A stretch of 64,000 nt of DNA from Octopus sinensis (GCF_006345805.1 NC_043008.1:57102001-57166000); one strand, 5' to 3'; shown: positions 24,990 to 39,128, numbered from the stretch's first letter. Translations and numbers: made by a program. The notes: generated from the letters alone by a model not told the origin.

Positions 24990-25395
24990 CGCTGACACGT
25001 GACGAAAGTGAATCTATCTTTCTGCCCACTACCTCCGTAAAGAAAAAATGTCCTTATATTGTCTCCTTCCTGAGCTCGACTTCCTAACGTTCATAATAAT
25101 TTTTATATCGTCTTGGCTCACCGTTTGTTTTACTGTTTTGTTCTCACTGTCCTATTCTTGTTACCACTTTCACTTTCCGCAAAAAATTCCAAATTTTATT
25201 TAATTTGCTTTGCGGGAAGGACTGTTTCAACGAAGTCGCGTATTGTCCTTGCTTCGTAACGCGGAGTAGATGAAACAGGGACAACTGAAGAAGGGGAATA
25301 TTCTTTATGTTGCATGTCTCGTTTCTCTGTTTTTGCTTTTATGTTTTCGTTTCTCGTTGTGTTCCACCGTCTTTTGATGTTCAACGTGTCTTTTG
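24990..25395 (+). mobile_element. Probable Penelope-like pLTR with partial hammerhead-like fold (25278-25320)
   Basis: GGGACAA-CTGAAGA-AGGG..TTCT...TGTCTC with no GAAA; 3' end at a TA-rich tract. Confidence 0.4.
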
Positions 25396-25447
25396 ATATA
25401 TACATATATATGTAGGTATGTAGATATATGTATGTATGCATATATTA

Positions 25448-25487
<40 letters not shown>

Positions 25488-26477
25488 ATAGAGACGGAAA
25501 ATAGATTACACGGAGAGAAGTTTATCTCTCACAATGGTCGTTTCGACACATCCTTCATCCATCCATCGCGGGTGGGAAAATGTACGATTTGTGTATTTAC
25601 GGTCGATGACGCTAGGTAGCCACAAACAGAGAACGTCTTTTATTGATTAACTATTAAGAACATGCACAAACCTTAAACTAACTTATGTCTGTCACTCTGA
25701 AATCACTATATATATGTGTATATATATATGTGTGTATGTGTGTGTGTGTGTGTGTGTATTTGTTTGTATGTATATATGTACGTAATGTAATATGAAGTTA
25801 TTAGTATCAATGAAATTATCGAATTATCGCATTTTGAGAAAATTAAAATGTGGTTTGATATAACTTTATTTTAATTATTTTATTGATTAAGATATCATGA
25901 AACATTTAAATATTCAGCTTCAATAATTAACTATTCCTCTCTAAAATGAATAATGTATAGAATTATAAATGTTTTGGGGGCTTTTTGGTCTTTTTAGGGT
26001 GGGAGGTCTCTTGGCAACCCTAAGGCTAACTATTCAATAGCAGAAAACTTCTAGCCAATCAGATTAGTCCATTATTTTTCATGTCCATCTCGTCTAGAAT
26101 GTATGATTAGCTGGCAGTTTTAATATTGCAATTTTATTGACGCAGTGCTTATAGAATAACCAGATACTCCATCTTATTAAAGAGAATTTAGAGCCTATTC
26201 AAAGAAAGATAGTTGTATTAAACTGACGCTTTTGCGTTTCTTTGACATTATCTAAAAGCGAAAAATTTCATTTGTACGTCTGGCGGGCTGTTTTGTTTAA
26301 AAACGGAGGTAAATTGTCTCTCCGTCTGTTTAGCGAGACGTCTGACATTTTTACTGCAAAAACTATTGAATATTTGAATTGGCCTTCGGTCCCCGTCAAA
26401 TACATTTAAATTTCTGCGTGTTATTCAATTTCGTTAACAAAAATGTTGTGGTAGCATATTTTAAAGAACAGTGTGGG

Positions 26478-26874
26478 TGTGTGATAAGAAGTCTACTTCC
26501 TAAACGCATGGTTCCGGGTTCAGTTCCACTGCATGGCACTTAGGGTCTATAGCTTCGGATCGACCAAAATCTTACGAGTAGATTCGGTAGACGGAAACTG
26601 AAAGATTCCCATCGCATATATCTATGCATATATGTGTATGTCTATGTGTGTGTGTGTCTTTGTATCTGTGTTACTCCCCCACTACCACTTTAAAATCAAT
26701 GTTAGTATGTTTATGTCCCTGGGACTTAGCGGTTCGTCAAAAGATCATGATAGAATAAGTACCAGACTGCAAAATAATAATTACTGGATTTGATTCGTTT
26801 CATTAAAATTTTTGGAGGAGGTGCCTTAGCATGACCGCAGTTTCATGACTGAGACAAGTAAATGGTATACATAC

Positions 26875-26947
<73 letters not shown>

Positions 26948-27444
26948 TAAGTAATGTTCCTTCCTGAGTCATATAGACTCATAGGGCTGGTTTCCATGGC
27001 GTAGATATTCCCCACCTGAACAGGACGCCAGTCCGTCGCAGGATAACTCATTTTAATCCCAGCTGAGTGGACTAGAGCAACATGAAATGAAGTGTTTTGT
27101 ACAAGAAAACAACGTGGTGCCCGGTCCAGGATCGAAACCACAATCTTACGATCATGAGTCCAACACCCTAACCACTAGGTCACGTACCTCCTCTCGATAT
27201 GTGCCTCTGTGTTTGTGATTCTCCCCAATCACCGCTTGACAACCGACGGTGGCATGTTTATGTCTCTGTAACTTAATGGTTCAGCAAAAGAGAACGACAA
27301 AATAAGTACTAGGCTTCAAAAAATAATAAGTCCTGTGGTCGATATATTCGATTAAAATACTTCAAGGCGGGGCCTCAGCACGACCGCAGTCAAAATGACT
27401 GAAACATATAAAAGATATATACATGTATCTATGTATGTGTATGC

Positions 27445-27500
<56 letters not shown>

Positions 27501-27815
27501 GCATGGCTGCCTAAAGGGACTCACTCACATTGCCACCAAGTCGTTCCAGATTCAGTCGCAGTGTGTGGCACGTTGGGGAATGTGTCATTGATCATAGTCC
27601 CTTGCATACCAAAAAATTGTGAGTAAAAATTGATTGACGGAAATTGTGAGGATGTCCTTCTTGTATATGTGTGTTTGTGTCTCTTTGTGTTTGCGTCTGA
27701 CGCCTACGGTCGCTTGACAAGCGGTGTTGTTTTGTTTATGTCTCTGTAATCTCGCAGATCGGCAAAATAAAGGAAATAAGAACCAGGTTCTTAAAAATAA
27801 AAGTCCTGTGTCGAT
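26478..27815. mobile_element. SINE cluster: S1 (26478-26865+, 27197-27415+, 27498-27815+) and H2/T3 SINE (26975-27190-)
   Basis: Motif matches to the full-length copies. Confidence 0.8.
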
Positions 27816-27922
27816 ATAACTTTGTAATATCGGTAAACATATCCCTATCTTCATTTTGCCAAATATACAGTGTACTTGTTGCAGGCATTTTTTTTTTTTT
27901 TTGTGAAAGGGTTTGTGTAAGT

Positions 27923-28385
27923 GTGCCTAAAGCCAGCTGGAGACGATGATCTCCTGGGGCTTAAAGCTACAGTAACACCCACCCTTAGTGGTTAACCATA
28001 TTGAGATGGCTAGTATACTTTATGTTGTCGAGCGGTTACTGTTTACATCTCGTTCAGAGATTTATTATTGCTTGCAGACAGTTTTTCGAAATCAGTGACG
28101 GAAGTTACTAGAAAAACCCATAAGTATTTGCAAACCGGTCTTCCTTTCATCGTAAACCGGTGATTACCGTACGTTGACAAGAGGCAAATTACCTCGAAAC
28201 TGCAGTTCGTGCGTATCGCTTAGGTTTGCGAGAGAGGGATGACCTCCCTTTGCAAATACCATAAGGGCACAGAAAGTATGCCTAAAGCCAGCTGGAGACG
28301 ATGATCTCCTGGGACTAAAAGCTACAGTAACACCCACCCTTAGTGGTTAGCCATATTGAGATGGCTAGTATACTTTACGGTTTGA
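27923..28385 (-). repeat. Tandem ~355-bp unit containing a HINE internal segment
   Basis: 27923-28023 repeats at 28278-28378; its reverse complement contains the HINE block TAGCCATCTCAATATGGCTAACCAC..GGGTGTTACTGTAGCTTT. Confidence 0.65.
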
Positions 28386-28413
28386 AGGAAGTTAAACGGT
28401 TATATAGTTCTTT

Positions 28414-28645
28414 TGGCGGCGAGCTGGCAGAAACGTTAGCACGTCGGGCGAAATGCTTAGCGGTATTTCGTCTGCCGTTACGTTGTGAGTTCAAATTCCG
28501 CCGAGGTCGACTTTACCTTTCATCCTTTCGGGGTCGATAAATTAAGTACTAGTTACGCACTGGGGTCGATGTAATCGACTTAATACCTATGTCTGTCCTT
28601 GTTTGTCCCTTCTATGTTTAGTCCCTTGTGGGTAATAAAGAAATG
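28414..28645 (+). mobile_element. SINE S2, full length, with 16-bp TSD
   Basis: TSD GGTTATATAGTTCTTT at 28398-28413 and 28646-28661. Confidence 0.92.
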
Positions 28646-30074
28646 GGTTATATAGTTCTTTCATAATGGAGTTTTCCTTTATCCCATCGTAAAACGCAGC
28701 GCTGCATTTTTTCTTATATAAGATTGGTTTCTAAGAGGTTTAAGAGTTAAAATATTCAAGTAAATCATCTCTTCCACTTTATACTTTTGTTGTCGAATAG
28801 CCAAGAATGAAACGTAATGTCAAATCTATTAGGATTTCACTTAAGAACGGAGGTGTTAAGCAAATACTAAGTTATTCGTTTCTTTTCATTCGAGCCCCAG
28901 CAATTTGCCTTCTTCATGGAGAACCCCCAAAGATCTTATACACTCCGCATTTATCACACAAATATTGTTGAGTATCAAAGTACCATGTCTGATTATCTTC
29001 GATATTTTAATAATTCTATAATATTGTACAGATTAGCTTGATTGTAGAAAGCGGTGCTTAAAGCAAGATACAGAGATTTATGGTTGCTCTTGTTAATTGA
29101 ATGTAATTCATATTAAATAACTGAAGAACAGTACGGAGGTTTTGAAAGCAAAATATTTTGAAATTGTTTATTTCGCTCGTATAACCGAATTCCATACTTT
29201 GAGCTTCGAAATTTTAAAGGCTATTGTGTAGAGGGTAATAAGGAAATTTTTCGTCGATTGCATTTCCCTACAAATAAGATAAGCATATCTATTTTTGGTA
29301 TGAAACCATAGATTTCAGAGGGAACAGGGTTAGGAGTTTAAATTTACACCGATACCTGGTTATTCCTTTATTTTACCGATCATAAAAGACTGAAAAACAA
29401 ACGTGGCTTTCTCTGGACTGTACCTAAACACCGCAAATCATTTCTGTTCAATATTCTAACGATTAATCCAGATAACATTTTTAATCAAAATTATTCTCTA
29501 GAATTAAACTATGAGTAATTTTACTTAGTCAATCGTTTAGATAGTCACACCTGTTAATGTATAATCACTCAGTATCTTTATATACATTAGTCATCTATGT
29601 CTTGGACGGAACTGTTAAGTAAATAAATAACTATTGTGGTCTAAAACTACCGCAATATCTCAGTAAAGCGTATCTGTTGAACCACATGTTTCTTTGTTTT
29701 AGATTTGGGAATTGACACCATAGCATTTCTTATTCAGAATTTAACATTACATTAAATAAGAAACTTATTTTCCCCCAGGAAACTAGTGCAGACTACAACC
29801 GCCTCTACTTAACTATACAAAGACAAGCACCGACTAACTCAAGCAAATTGAAAACGTTTATTGTATCATTGCAATCAGCACACAGAAAATGAAGACAACT
29901 GTGATATTTCTTCTCCTACGTGATTTGTTTATAGGAAAATAACTGGTGTCATGTAACTAATTGTAGATCAGATTTATTGCTTATTTTGGTTTAGTGTCCA
30001 AAAATAACGACCTATCTCTAACACACACACACCACACACACGCACACACACATGTGCACATGTGCATATACATA

Positions 30075-31277
30075 CAGGGGTTGGACAAAATAATGGGAAC
30101 ACCTTAAAATTTCAAATAAATTAATTTTAATATGGGTTAGGTCCGACTATGGCACTAATTACAGCTTGAATTCTACGAGGTATGGACTCGTAAAAAGTTT
30201 GAATTTTTGTCCATTCTTCAACTAAAACAGCCTCCAGTTCTTGTAGTGATGATGGTGGAGGATATCGACTCCTTACTTGTTTTTCTAAAATGCACCAAAA
30301 ATGTTCAATAATATTGAGATCTGGGGACTGTGGTGGCCAAATAAAATATTTAACTTCATTAAAATATTCCTCGTGCCATTCAGTAACAACTTTAGCTGTG
30401 TGAATTGGTGCATTATCATCCTGAAAGAGTGTGTTTCCTTATGGAAACAGTTCTGCAACCATAGGAGGAATTTGATCATATAAAATGCTTAAGTAGTCTT
30501 GACTATTAATTCTGCCATGAAGGGAAACCATTGGGCTGGCGGATTTCGAAGATATAGCCCCGCAAATCATCACAGATCATCCTCGTGTTTAACAGTTGGA
30601 AGAAGGCAGTCGTCTGGATCAAATGCTTCTTTTGGCTGTCTGCATGCATAGACTCGAAAATAAGGTAAAGGTTGACTGACTCGTCCGAGAAAATAACATT
30701 TTCCCATTGTTATAGGGACCCATTCTATAGGTTTTTACTCCACTGTAAATGCTTTGCAACGTTTGTTTTTCAAAATAGTGGTTTTCTGATCGTAGACCCC
30801 GTGAAATCCGGCTTTCTGCAGCTCCCGGCAAACAGTTTTTGTGGAAACTGGGAAACGTTTAAGCTCTGCAGTAATTTTGAGAACTGTACGTTTGTGATTT
30901 TTTTCTAACAATTCGCGTAAGAATCCGACGGTTCCTATCAGAAAGTTTTGGTTTTCTTGCAGAGTTTTGTTTCGACGACGAGGTTTTTATTTCTGTCATT
31001 ACTTTCGAAACAGTACTTCTTGATACACCAAACATTTCGGCTGTTTTCGTTACGCTAGCGCCTGCCATACGAGCAAATAGATCTATCATTTTAATGAATT
31101 TTAATTACCTTTTTTTGATGATATCTGAAAAGAAACAGAAATTTTTGCAAAACATATTAAGCAACACTAATAATAAATCAAAAAAATAAAAATAAACAAG
31201 CTTTTGACAGTTTTCTAGATATTTCAAAATTATGATGTTATGACACTGGGTATTTCCATTATTTTCTCCAACCCCTG
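30075..31277 (-). mobile_element. Full-length decayed Tc1-like transposon with DD36E spacing (Incomer-like)
   Basis: 29-bp TIRs CAGGGGTTGG(A)C/GAAAATAATGG, TA TSDs, 1203 bp; HTH (GASVTKTAEMFGVSRSTVSKVM), VIFSDES and FQDDNAPIHTAKVVTEWHEEYFNEVKYFIWPPQSPDLNIIEH; frameshifted. Confidence 0.92.
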
Positions 31278-31494
31278 TATATATATAAAAAATATAATTA
31301 TAACAAAGGGCGCTGAAGGGACACCGCCTGTACGCTAGAGTCGACGTCAAACGTTTAACACAAGGATGCATGCGAGGAAATTAGTGTTATTCACGACTAC
31401 CAGTTGCTTTAAGAACTTTCTTTCGTGGAACTGAATAAAAGAATCATATTAAAAGGTATACGTATGCCCTTCACTGGTTAACGTAATATATACA

Positions 31495-32153
31495 CAGTAA
31501 TCACGCGCCATATTGCGATTCACTTACCACGTTTATTGTTTAAACTTACGTCGCTTCCTCGTGATGTTTTGCATTTATAATAAAACAAATATATACAAAT
31601 TATAAAAATAATTTTTAAAAATTTACAGTATAGGCGCAGGAGTAGCTGTGTGGTAAGTAGCTTGCTTACCAACCATATGGTTCCGGGTTCATTCTCACTG
31701 CGTGGCACCTTGGGCTAGTGCCTTCTACTATAGCCTCGGGCCGACCAAATTCTTGTGAGTGGATTTGGTCGAAGAAAAGTGAAAGAAGCTCGTCGTATAT
31801 ATGCATGTATGAATATATATATATATATATATATAATATATATATATATATGTGTGTGTGGTGTGTGTGTGTGTGTGTGTGTATGTGTTCCCCCAACATC
31901 GCTTGATAACCGATGCTGGTGTGTTTACGTCCCCGCAACTTAGCGGTTCGGCAAAAGAGACCGATAGAATAAGTACAAGGCTTCCAACGAATAAGTCCTG
32001 GAGTCGATTTGCTCGAATAAAGGCGGTGCTCTAGTATGGCCGCAGTCAAATTACTGAAACAAGTAAAAGAGTAAAAGAGTTCAGTACTTCCTAGATTTTC
32101 ACCTATGGCGGGTGTTTTGGAACATAACAGTCACGATAGTCGAGGGATTACTG
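31495..32153. mobile_element. pogo/Tigger-like MITE interrupted by SINE S1 (31630-32080)
   Basis: Left end CAGTAATCACGCGCCATATTGCG; right end rc CAGTAATCCCTCGACTATCG followed by TA. Confidence 0.7.
31630..32080 (+). mobile_element. SINE S1, full length
   Basis: tRNA-like head, internal (TA)/(TG) tract, (AAAAGAGT) tail. Confidence 0.9.
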
Positions 32154-32775
32154 TATATGTAAATATATAAATTCCTCGCCATTTTAAAAGCCCGAAGCGA
32201 TTCTCTTCCCTTTAGTAGCAGTATCAGTAAACCACTAGAGTATATAGGTCACAAGAAATAATGAGATAGCGACTGGGCAATAAATAATATTTTAATGCCA
32301 ACTTTAAACTGAAGTGTTACTTTCGAACTGACCTCATAAAAAAAAAGAAAAAAGAAACAGAAAAAAATAAACAAGAGAACATACGTTTTATTTAAATTTT
32401 TAGTAATATTTTTTCGTGTATTTTTTTGTCTTCATTTTACCTTTCTGAAAAGGACTACGAAATTAAAAGAAATATATTTAATTCACAAGCATGAACTGTC
32501 ATGGGCTTAAGTACCGTCACGTGACGACTATTTTGGTAATGATTCATATACGAGACGTGATTTAGGAGCACCATTTTGACTCACAAAGTATTTTGCCGCT
32601 GTCCAATTATTCGTATAGGTTGTCCTGATTATTGATTGATGATCAAGACAGTAGGTTATGTATAAAATAGTAAATCTCTGTGGTTAATGATTAACATATA
32701 CTATCAACTTAACATAGTTAAGCAGTAGTTAAATTACAGTTCACAAATTTAATATATCAAAAAAAGGATAAAATG

Positions 32776-33075
32776 TGGAGGCGCAATGGCCAAGTGGTCA
32801 AGGCAGCGGACTCGCGGACGGAGGATAGCGGTTTCGATTCCCAGACCGGGCATTGTGTGTGTTTATTGAGCGAAAAACACCTAAAAGCTCCACGAGGCTC
32901 AGGCAGGAGGGTGGGTGGCGACTCCTGTTGTACTCTTTCGCCCCAACTTTCTCTCACTCTTTCTTCCTGTTTCTTGAGTAACGCTGCGATGGACTGGCGT
33001 CCCGTCCAGCTGGAGGGGGGGACACATACGCCATAGAAACCGGGCCCATGAGCCTGGCAAGGCTTGAAAAGGACG
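32776..33075 (+). mobile_element. SINE head H1 + tail T3
   Basis: H1 head followed by GCTGCGATGGACTGGCGTCCCGTCCAG...CCCATGAGCC, the tail also seen at 26975-27060(-). Confidence 0.85.
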
Positions 33076-33817
33076 CATATATAAAAAAATAAGGATAAAA
33101 TATCCAGTTAGAAACAGGCATTATTACGACTGAATGATAACGAGTAAGGGGATTAGTCCAGAAGATATATCAGCCCCACTCAAGAACTTTATGAGTAGTG
33201 ATCCACATTAGGGTGCGAATTGCAGGTAAGGCACTTCATGAAACAACAAACCATTATTAGAAACACCGATTTAAATTGCAAATAAGGGCATTCTTTTCAC
33301 TGTGAAAATGGGTCAATACTGTTGCACAACAAATATTTGTTTCCAAATTTGACACAATCGGAGAAGGGGCTGAGTCGATTAGACCGATCCTCGGTGATCA
33401 AACTGGTACTTATCTTATCGACCGCGAAAGGATGGAAAGCAAAGTCTACCCCGAAGGCATTTCAACTCAGATCGTTAAGACGGATGAACTACTGTTAAGC
33501 ATTTTCCACAATGTACTAAATGCACAACAAATATAGCATATACAAACACATACACAAACACACACATATATATACAGACAAATGCATATACGTGTATTTG
33601 TGTATGTATACTCTAGCACCGCAATTTTTCAAATTTTTGATCCAGGGCACCTTGACTGCTCTGAAAGATTTACGGCACAATCTTATATACGTGTGAATGT
33701 TTGTGTCCGTGTGCGTGTGCGTGAACAAATGTGGATATATACCTTTACATGTACATAGATATACAAGTAATACACACACAGATAAACACACATGTATAGA
33801 AAGATAAATATATATGC

Positions 33818-33854
<37 letters not shown>

Positions 33855-33869
33855 AATGCTCACATACAG

Positions 33870-33923
<54 letters not shown>

Positions 33924-33949
33924 CACACACACACATATATATATGGAGA

Positions 33950-34034
33950 AAATTCACACAAAAACGAAAACAGGTGGTGTAAGACAACAAACAGATGTAT
34001 TAGTATAATACATCTGTTTGTTGTCTACACCACC
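33950..34034. repeat. Family E 3' fragments as a short head-to-head hairpin (33973-34002 / 34006-34034)
   Basis: ~29-bp arms, 3-nt loop, 1-nt bulge; sequence matches the family E tail. Confidence 0.75.
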
Positions 34035-34178
34035 TTTTATGTTTTTGTTTTCATTTCTCATTGTGTTCAACGTTTTTTTTTTTTTTTTGGATGTCCTATA
34101 CCCATATATGCATGTATATATACATACATATGTAGGTATGGACATATATGTATGTAAATATGCATATATTTATATATT

Positions 34179-34575
34179 ACTAGCAGTATCGCCCGGCGTT
34201 GCTCGGGTTTGTAAGGGAAATAACTATATAAGCATTTTTAGAGATGTAAAGTATAATAGCCATCTCAATATGGCTAACCACAAAGGTGGGGTGTTACTGT
34301 AGCTTTTTACGTTCTGAGATTTAATAATAAATTTTTAGAGAGTTACTTCCCTTATATATGCCAAAAATGCATTAAAAATGGGAAAAATTGATGGTAATTT
34401 TTTTTTTAATCGTAGACTCATCGTAGACGCGCGCTAATACCCAGAAGGGCTCGATATGAATCACGACTATAAGATACCCGGTTTTGGTTAAACTGCATCG
34501 CAAAATGTGGGAGTAGTTAGGAATCTAAATCGTAGGAGACAGACAGTACACAACCTCACTTTTATATATAAAGAT
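34179..34575 (+). mobile_element. Non-autonomous Helitron/HINE-like element, full form
   Basis: Same termini as 23106-23428. Confidence 0.8.
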
Positions 34576-34984
34576 TATATGATCGAACGCCACGCATCCT
34601 TTTCCAAGTAAGTTTTATCTTATAAAATATGTAATCTGTTATCTGATTAATGTATATATTATCACGGAGATCAGGCCGGTTTAGACAATGTCCCTTTGTC
34701 CTAGCATAGTGCTATCCAGTTCAGTTCGTCTATACTATTTCTATTAATCATTTCAAATGTCATTTCAATTAACATGAAAAATATTTGTTTTTATGAAAGT
34801 AGAGTAGTATGGCTTTCATAATGCATAAATTATTACAAAATGAAATAAATGAGAAATATAAAATGAAGTCGATAATTTGTACTTTTACCTTGTTTTTCAG
34901 TGTTTTAAGGCTAGGACACTCTTTTTTTTTTTCATGTAATATTGAGAGGTATAGTCGTATGATCAGACTCTACATAGTACTGAG

Positions 34985-35366
34985 TGGAGGCGCAATGGCC
35001 CAGTGGTTAGGGCAGCGGACTCGCGGTCATAGGATCGCGGTTTCGATTCCCAGACCGGGCGTTGTGAGTGTTTATTGAGCGAAAACACCTAAAAGCTCCA
35101 CGAGGCCCCGGCAGGGATGGTGGTGATCCCTGTTGTACTCTTTCACCACAACTTTCTCTCACTCTTACTTCCTGTTTCTGATGTACCTGTATTTCAAGGG
35201 GCCGGCATTGTCACTCTCTGTGTCACGCTGAATATCCCCGAGAACTACGTTAAGGGTACACGTGTCTGTGGAGTGCTCAGCCACTTACACGTTAATTTCA
35301 CGAGCAGGCTGTTCCGTTGATCGGATCAACCGGAACCTTCATCGTCGTTACCGACGGAGTGCTTCC
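34985..35366 (+). mobile_element. SINE H1 + T1, full length
   Basis: A/B boxes; near identity with 7965-8355(-). Confidence 0.9.
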
Positions 35367-35447
35367 ACCACATAGCACTGAAGTCAGCTCAACAGCATTT
35401 CTTCATGGCTTTCATGAAGATGTGTCCCGGGGCTTAAAATATTGACT

Positions 35448-36688
35448 TCAAATTTTGGCACAAGACCAGCCAATTCAGTGGATGAAGATAGTTAATTACA
35501 TTAACCAAAATCCTCAACTGCTACTCGTTTTATTGACCCTGAAGGATGAAAGGCAAATTAAGCCTCGGCGGAATTTGAACTCCAAATGTAAAGACAAAAC
35601 GCCGCTAAGCATCTTGTACTGCGAGCTAATGATTCTGACAGCTAACCTTAAAATATCGATTTGAAATTTTGGCACAAAGCCAGCAACTTCGGGGGAGGGG
35701 GTTAATCGATTACATCCACCTCAGTTTTCAAGTGATACTTATTTTATTGACCCCGAAACGATGAAAGGTGAGGTCGGCCACTGCGGAATATGAGTCAAGA
35801 ACCTGAAGACGAACGAAATACCTATTTCTTTATTACCCACAAGGGGCTAAACACAGAGGGGACAAACAAGGACAGACAAACAGATTAAGTCGATTACATC
35901 GACCCCAGTGCGTAACTGGTACTTAATTTATCGACCCCGAAAGGATGAAAGGCAAAGTCGACCTCGGCGGAATTTGAACTCACAACGTAACGCAGACGAA
36001 ATACCGCTAAGCATTTCGCCCGGCGTGCTAACGTTTCTGCCAGCTCGCCGCCTTAATACGAATGAAATACCGCTTAGCATTTTACACAGAGTGTTACCTT
36101 TCCTGGCAGCTCACCGTCTTGCTAAGCTTAATATATTCTTTTCTACACTAGGCACAAGGCAAAAAATGTTGGGGGAGGAGGGCCAGTGGATTAATTCGAC
36201 TTCAGTATACTACTAGTACTTAATTTATCGACCACGAAAGGATAAAAGCCAAAGTCTGCCTCAGCGGAGCTAACCTTAAGATATTGAAATACAAACCATC
36301 ATATATAATTTCTTATAAACTGTATTTTGGGGGGTTTAAAAAATAAAATAATCAAAATCATTTATATCTTACTCTAGTGTTTTACGTGTTTTTTTTTAGT
36401 TCTATTCTTTCTTTACAACTTTCTTTTATCGCTTTAAAAATTTGAATAAATGTTACTTCATTTCAGATGTGTCGATGGGGAGCCAAGAAGAAACAAAGAA
36501 ATTTATCTGACAACTGCCGCTACGTTCTGAGTTCGAATTTCGCCGGGGTTGACTTTGCCTTTCATCCTTTCGGGGTCGATTAAAATAAGTACCAGTTATG
36601 CACCGGGGTCGATATAATAGATTTAATCCATTTGTTTGTTCCCTCTGTGTGTAGCTCCTTGTGGGCAGTAAAGAAATATCAATATAAT
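35448..36688. mobile_element. S2 SINE cluster (35448-36265 minus, 36505-36688 plus)
   Basis: Multiple S2 units with the recurrent GAAATACC|TATTTCTTT junction. Confidence 0.85.
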
Positions 36689-36739
36689 GCTTCTTTGATG
36701 AGCTCCATTTTGAAATACATACAGGAGAGGACATCATCC

Positions 36740-36789
<50 letters not shown>

Positions 36790-37048
36790 ATATATTTTTT
36801 TGCGTAGTGAGATAAAAAAAAACAAGGCTGTATAGATATTAGAACATTTATAGATATAAATGCCCTAATATCAGCCTTGGTTTTTTTATCTCATTACGCA
36901 AAACATGCGTATATGCACACGTTGACATAGAACCAACATTGAACCCTTTATTCGCAATATTACCGAATCTGGAACTTAACTATGGTCTGTCTATAGCACT
37001 TATTCAGCATTACCTGACACCTTTGGGTCTCAATGACACCATTTATCT

Positions 37049-37089
<41 letters not shown>

Positions 37090-37091
<2 letters not shown>

Positions 37092-37600
37092 GGGAAGCTT
37101 TATGAAAATAAACAAAAGACGAAGGCAGGTGGAATACACAATTGTATTAGTATGGCGCTCAGAATATAAATAAAACAAGTCTTTTACGTTTCGAGCCTAC
37201 GCTTCTTCAACAGAAAGATACACAGAAAAGAAACACAGAAAAGAAACAAGGAGAGAAAAAAATGCGTGCAGACGCTAGCGAATCAACATGGCGTTCTGAT
37301 TTCGGCCAGAAGTCAAGGATCAAACGTGAGACGCAAGAGCGAAATTAGGGGAGATAACAGGGTTAAATGACCTCGCCCCACAAAAAGAAATAAGCATGTG
37401 TATGTAGGGGGCGTCCAGCATAGTTTCAAATATTTTGATTTGTATAGTCAGAAGAGCAACACATAATTCAACAAAACCACAGAAGAATTTATATTTTAAG
37501 ATCACTGACAGTTTATATTCATATATTATACTGAAAGATACAGTACCAGATACACTCGGAGTGACACGACCTTTACACCTATATAGTTAATATAAACATA
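37090..37600 (-). mobile_element. Penelope-like family E, long fragment
   Basis: Hammerhead fold at 37179-37219; 3' end abuts (TA)n; 5' boundary uncertain. Confidence 0.65.
37179..37219 (-). ncRNA. Hammerhead-like motif, A6U variant
   Basis: ATCTTT-CTGTTGA-A-GAAGC-GTAG-GCTC-GAAAC-GTA^AAAGAC. Confidence 0.6.
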
Positions 37601-38474
37601 ATGCCAGCGTACAAGGAGGAGTAGAACTCCACGTTGTGAGACCGCATGCTAGAAATAGCAACAACAAATGCCTCAAATCACACATTTTTTTGTTCTAGAT
37701 AATCATTAGTTAGTCAGCAGTTGTTGGGGATTTTTTGTTTTGATACTTTTTTGGCATTTATGCAAATATACGCACATACTCATTTATATACACACACGTT
37801 TTTTCACACAAACATTTTCACACGCATGCATACACTCATGCAAATGTATGCATTTACACTGATACATACTCACACATACAAATACACACACACACACAAA
37901 CACACACACTCACAGACACTAGCATTTGATACCGAGAGCTTTCGTCAAACAAGACTTTTTTTTTTTTCAAAGAATTATCTGATTAGAACTATCGTTGCAA
38001 AAGAAAGAATTTATAAGAAATTGGCAGATGTCATCGTATTGGTTCTTTATTGAGAAAAGTGATGTTCTTTTGAATAAATGGAATTCTATGAGAAATCACC
38101 AATAAATAAAGAACTACAAACACACACACATACACCTATACCGAAAGAAAAAAAAAGGAAAAATAATGAACAAAATACATCTGACTTGTTGCTGAAATGC
38201 TAAAGAATCTGAGTATTGAACAAAGCCAGATATCTCGTGGTTTTAACAAGATGCAGACACTGTCTACAGAGTATTTTCGATCACATGGGCTTATTAAGAG
38301 AGAGAAGCCCAATGGGAATAATAGTTCATTTTCTCTTTTTAGTTCTTCTTAATGTCCATATCTCACTTCATCACACAATTGTCCCTTGATGCTTAAATAT
38401 CTACCGCATTCTTTTCTCTTTCGCATCTCTAACTATTCCTGCCACCCCCACTCCGTTTGTCTGTGTCTCTCTCC

Positions 38475-38511
<37 letters not shown>

Positions 38512-38551
38512 CACACACGCTTACACTCTCTGTATTAATACTTACCTGTCC

Positions 38552-38608
<57 letters not shown>

Positions 38609-38807
38609 GCATATATAATGTATATATACTTATATATAGATACATACACATATATATAGGTATATATATATATATATATCAAATATATCCATATATACAT
38701 ACATATAATATATATGCTTACATATATATACACATGTGCATCCCTATATATATATTATATATATATATATACACACATATGTATGTATATATATATATAT
38801 TTATATT

Positions 38808-38838
<31 letters not shown>

Positions 38839-39128
38839 TATACAAACATGTATATATATATATACATATATATAATATACATATATATATACACACATGT
38901 ATGCATATATAGATATATAATGACCATTCGGTTTTCATTGTCTTCTTAAGAATGGAAGTCAACCGCAGTTTCATTTCTCGAGGCGTATACTTAAATTCAT
39001 TCATACGTGAATACATACATGCATGCGTGCATATATACAAACATATACACATACGTGTGTACACACATACACACATACAATATATTATACATATATATAT
39101 ATATATGCAAAATATATATACATAAATT

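Noticed and set aside
31515-31560. Two strong minus-strand GTAAGT donors
   Set aside because: They lie inside the pogo/Tigger-like MITE and have no good acceptor
38197-38352. 51-codon ORF MLKNLSIEQSQISRGFNKMQ...
   Set aside because: Short, with no splice support or recognisable homology
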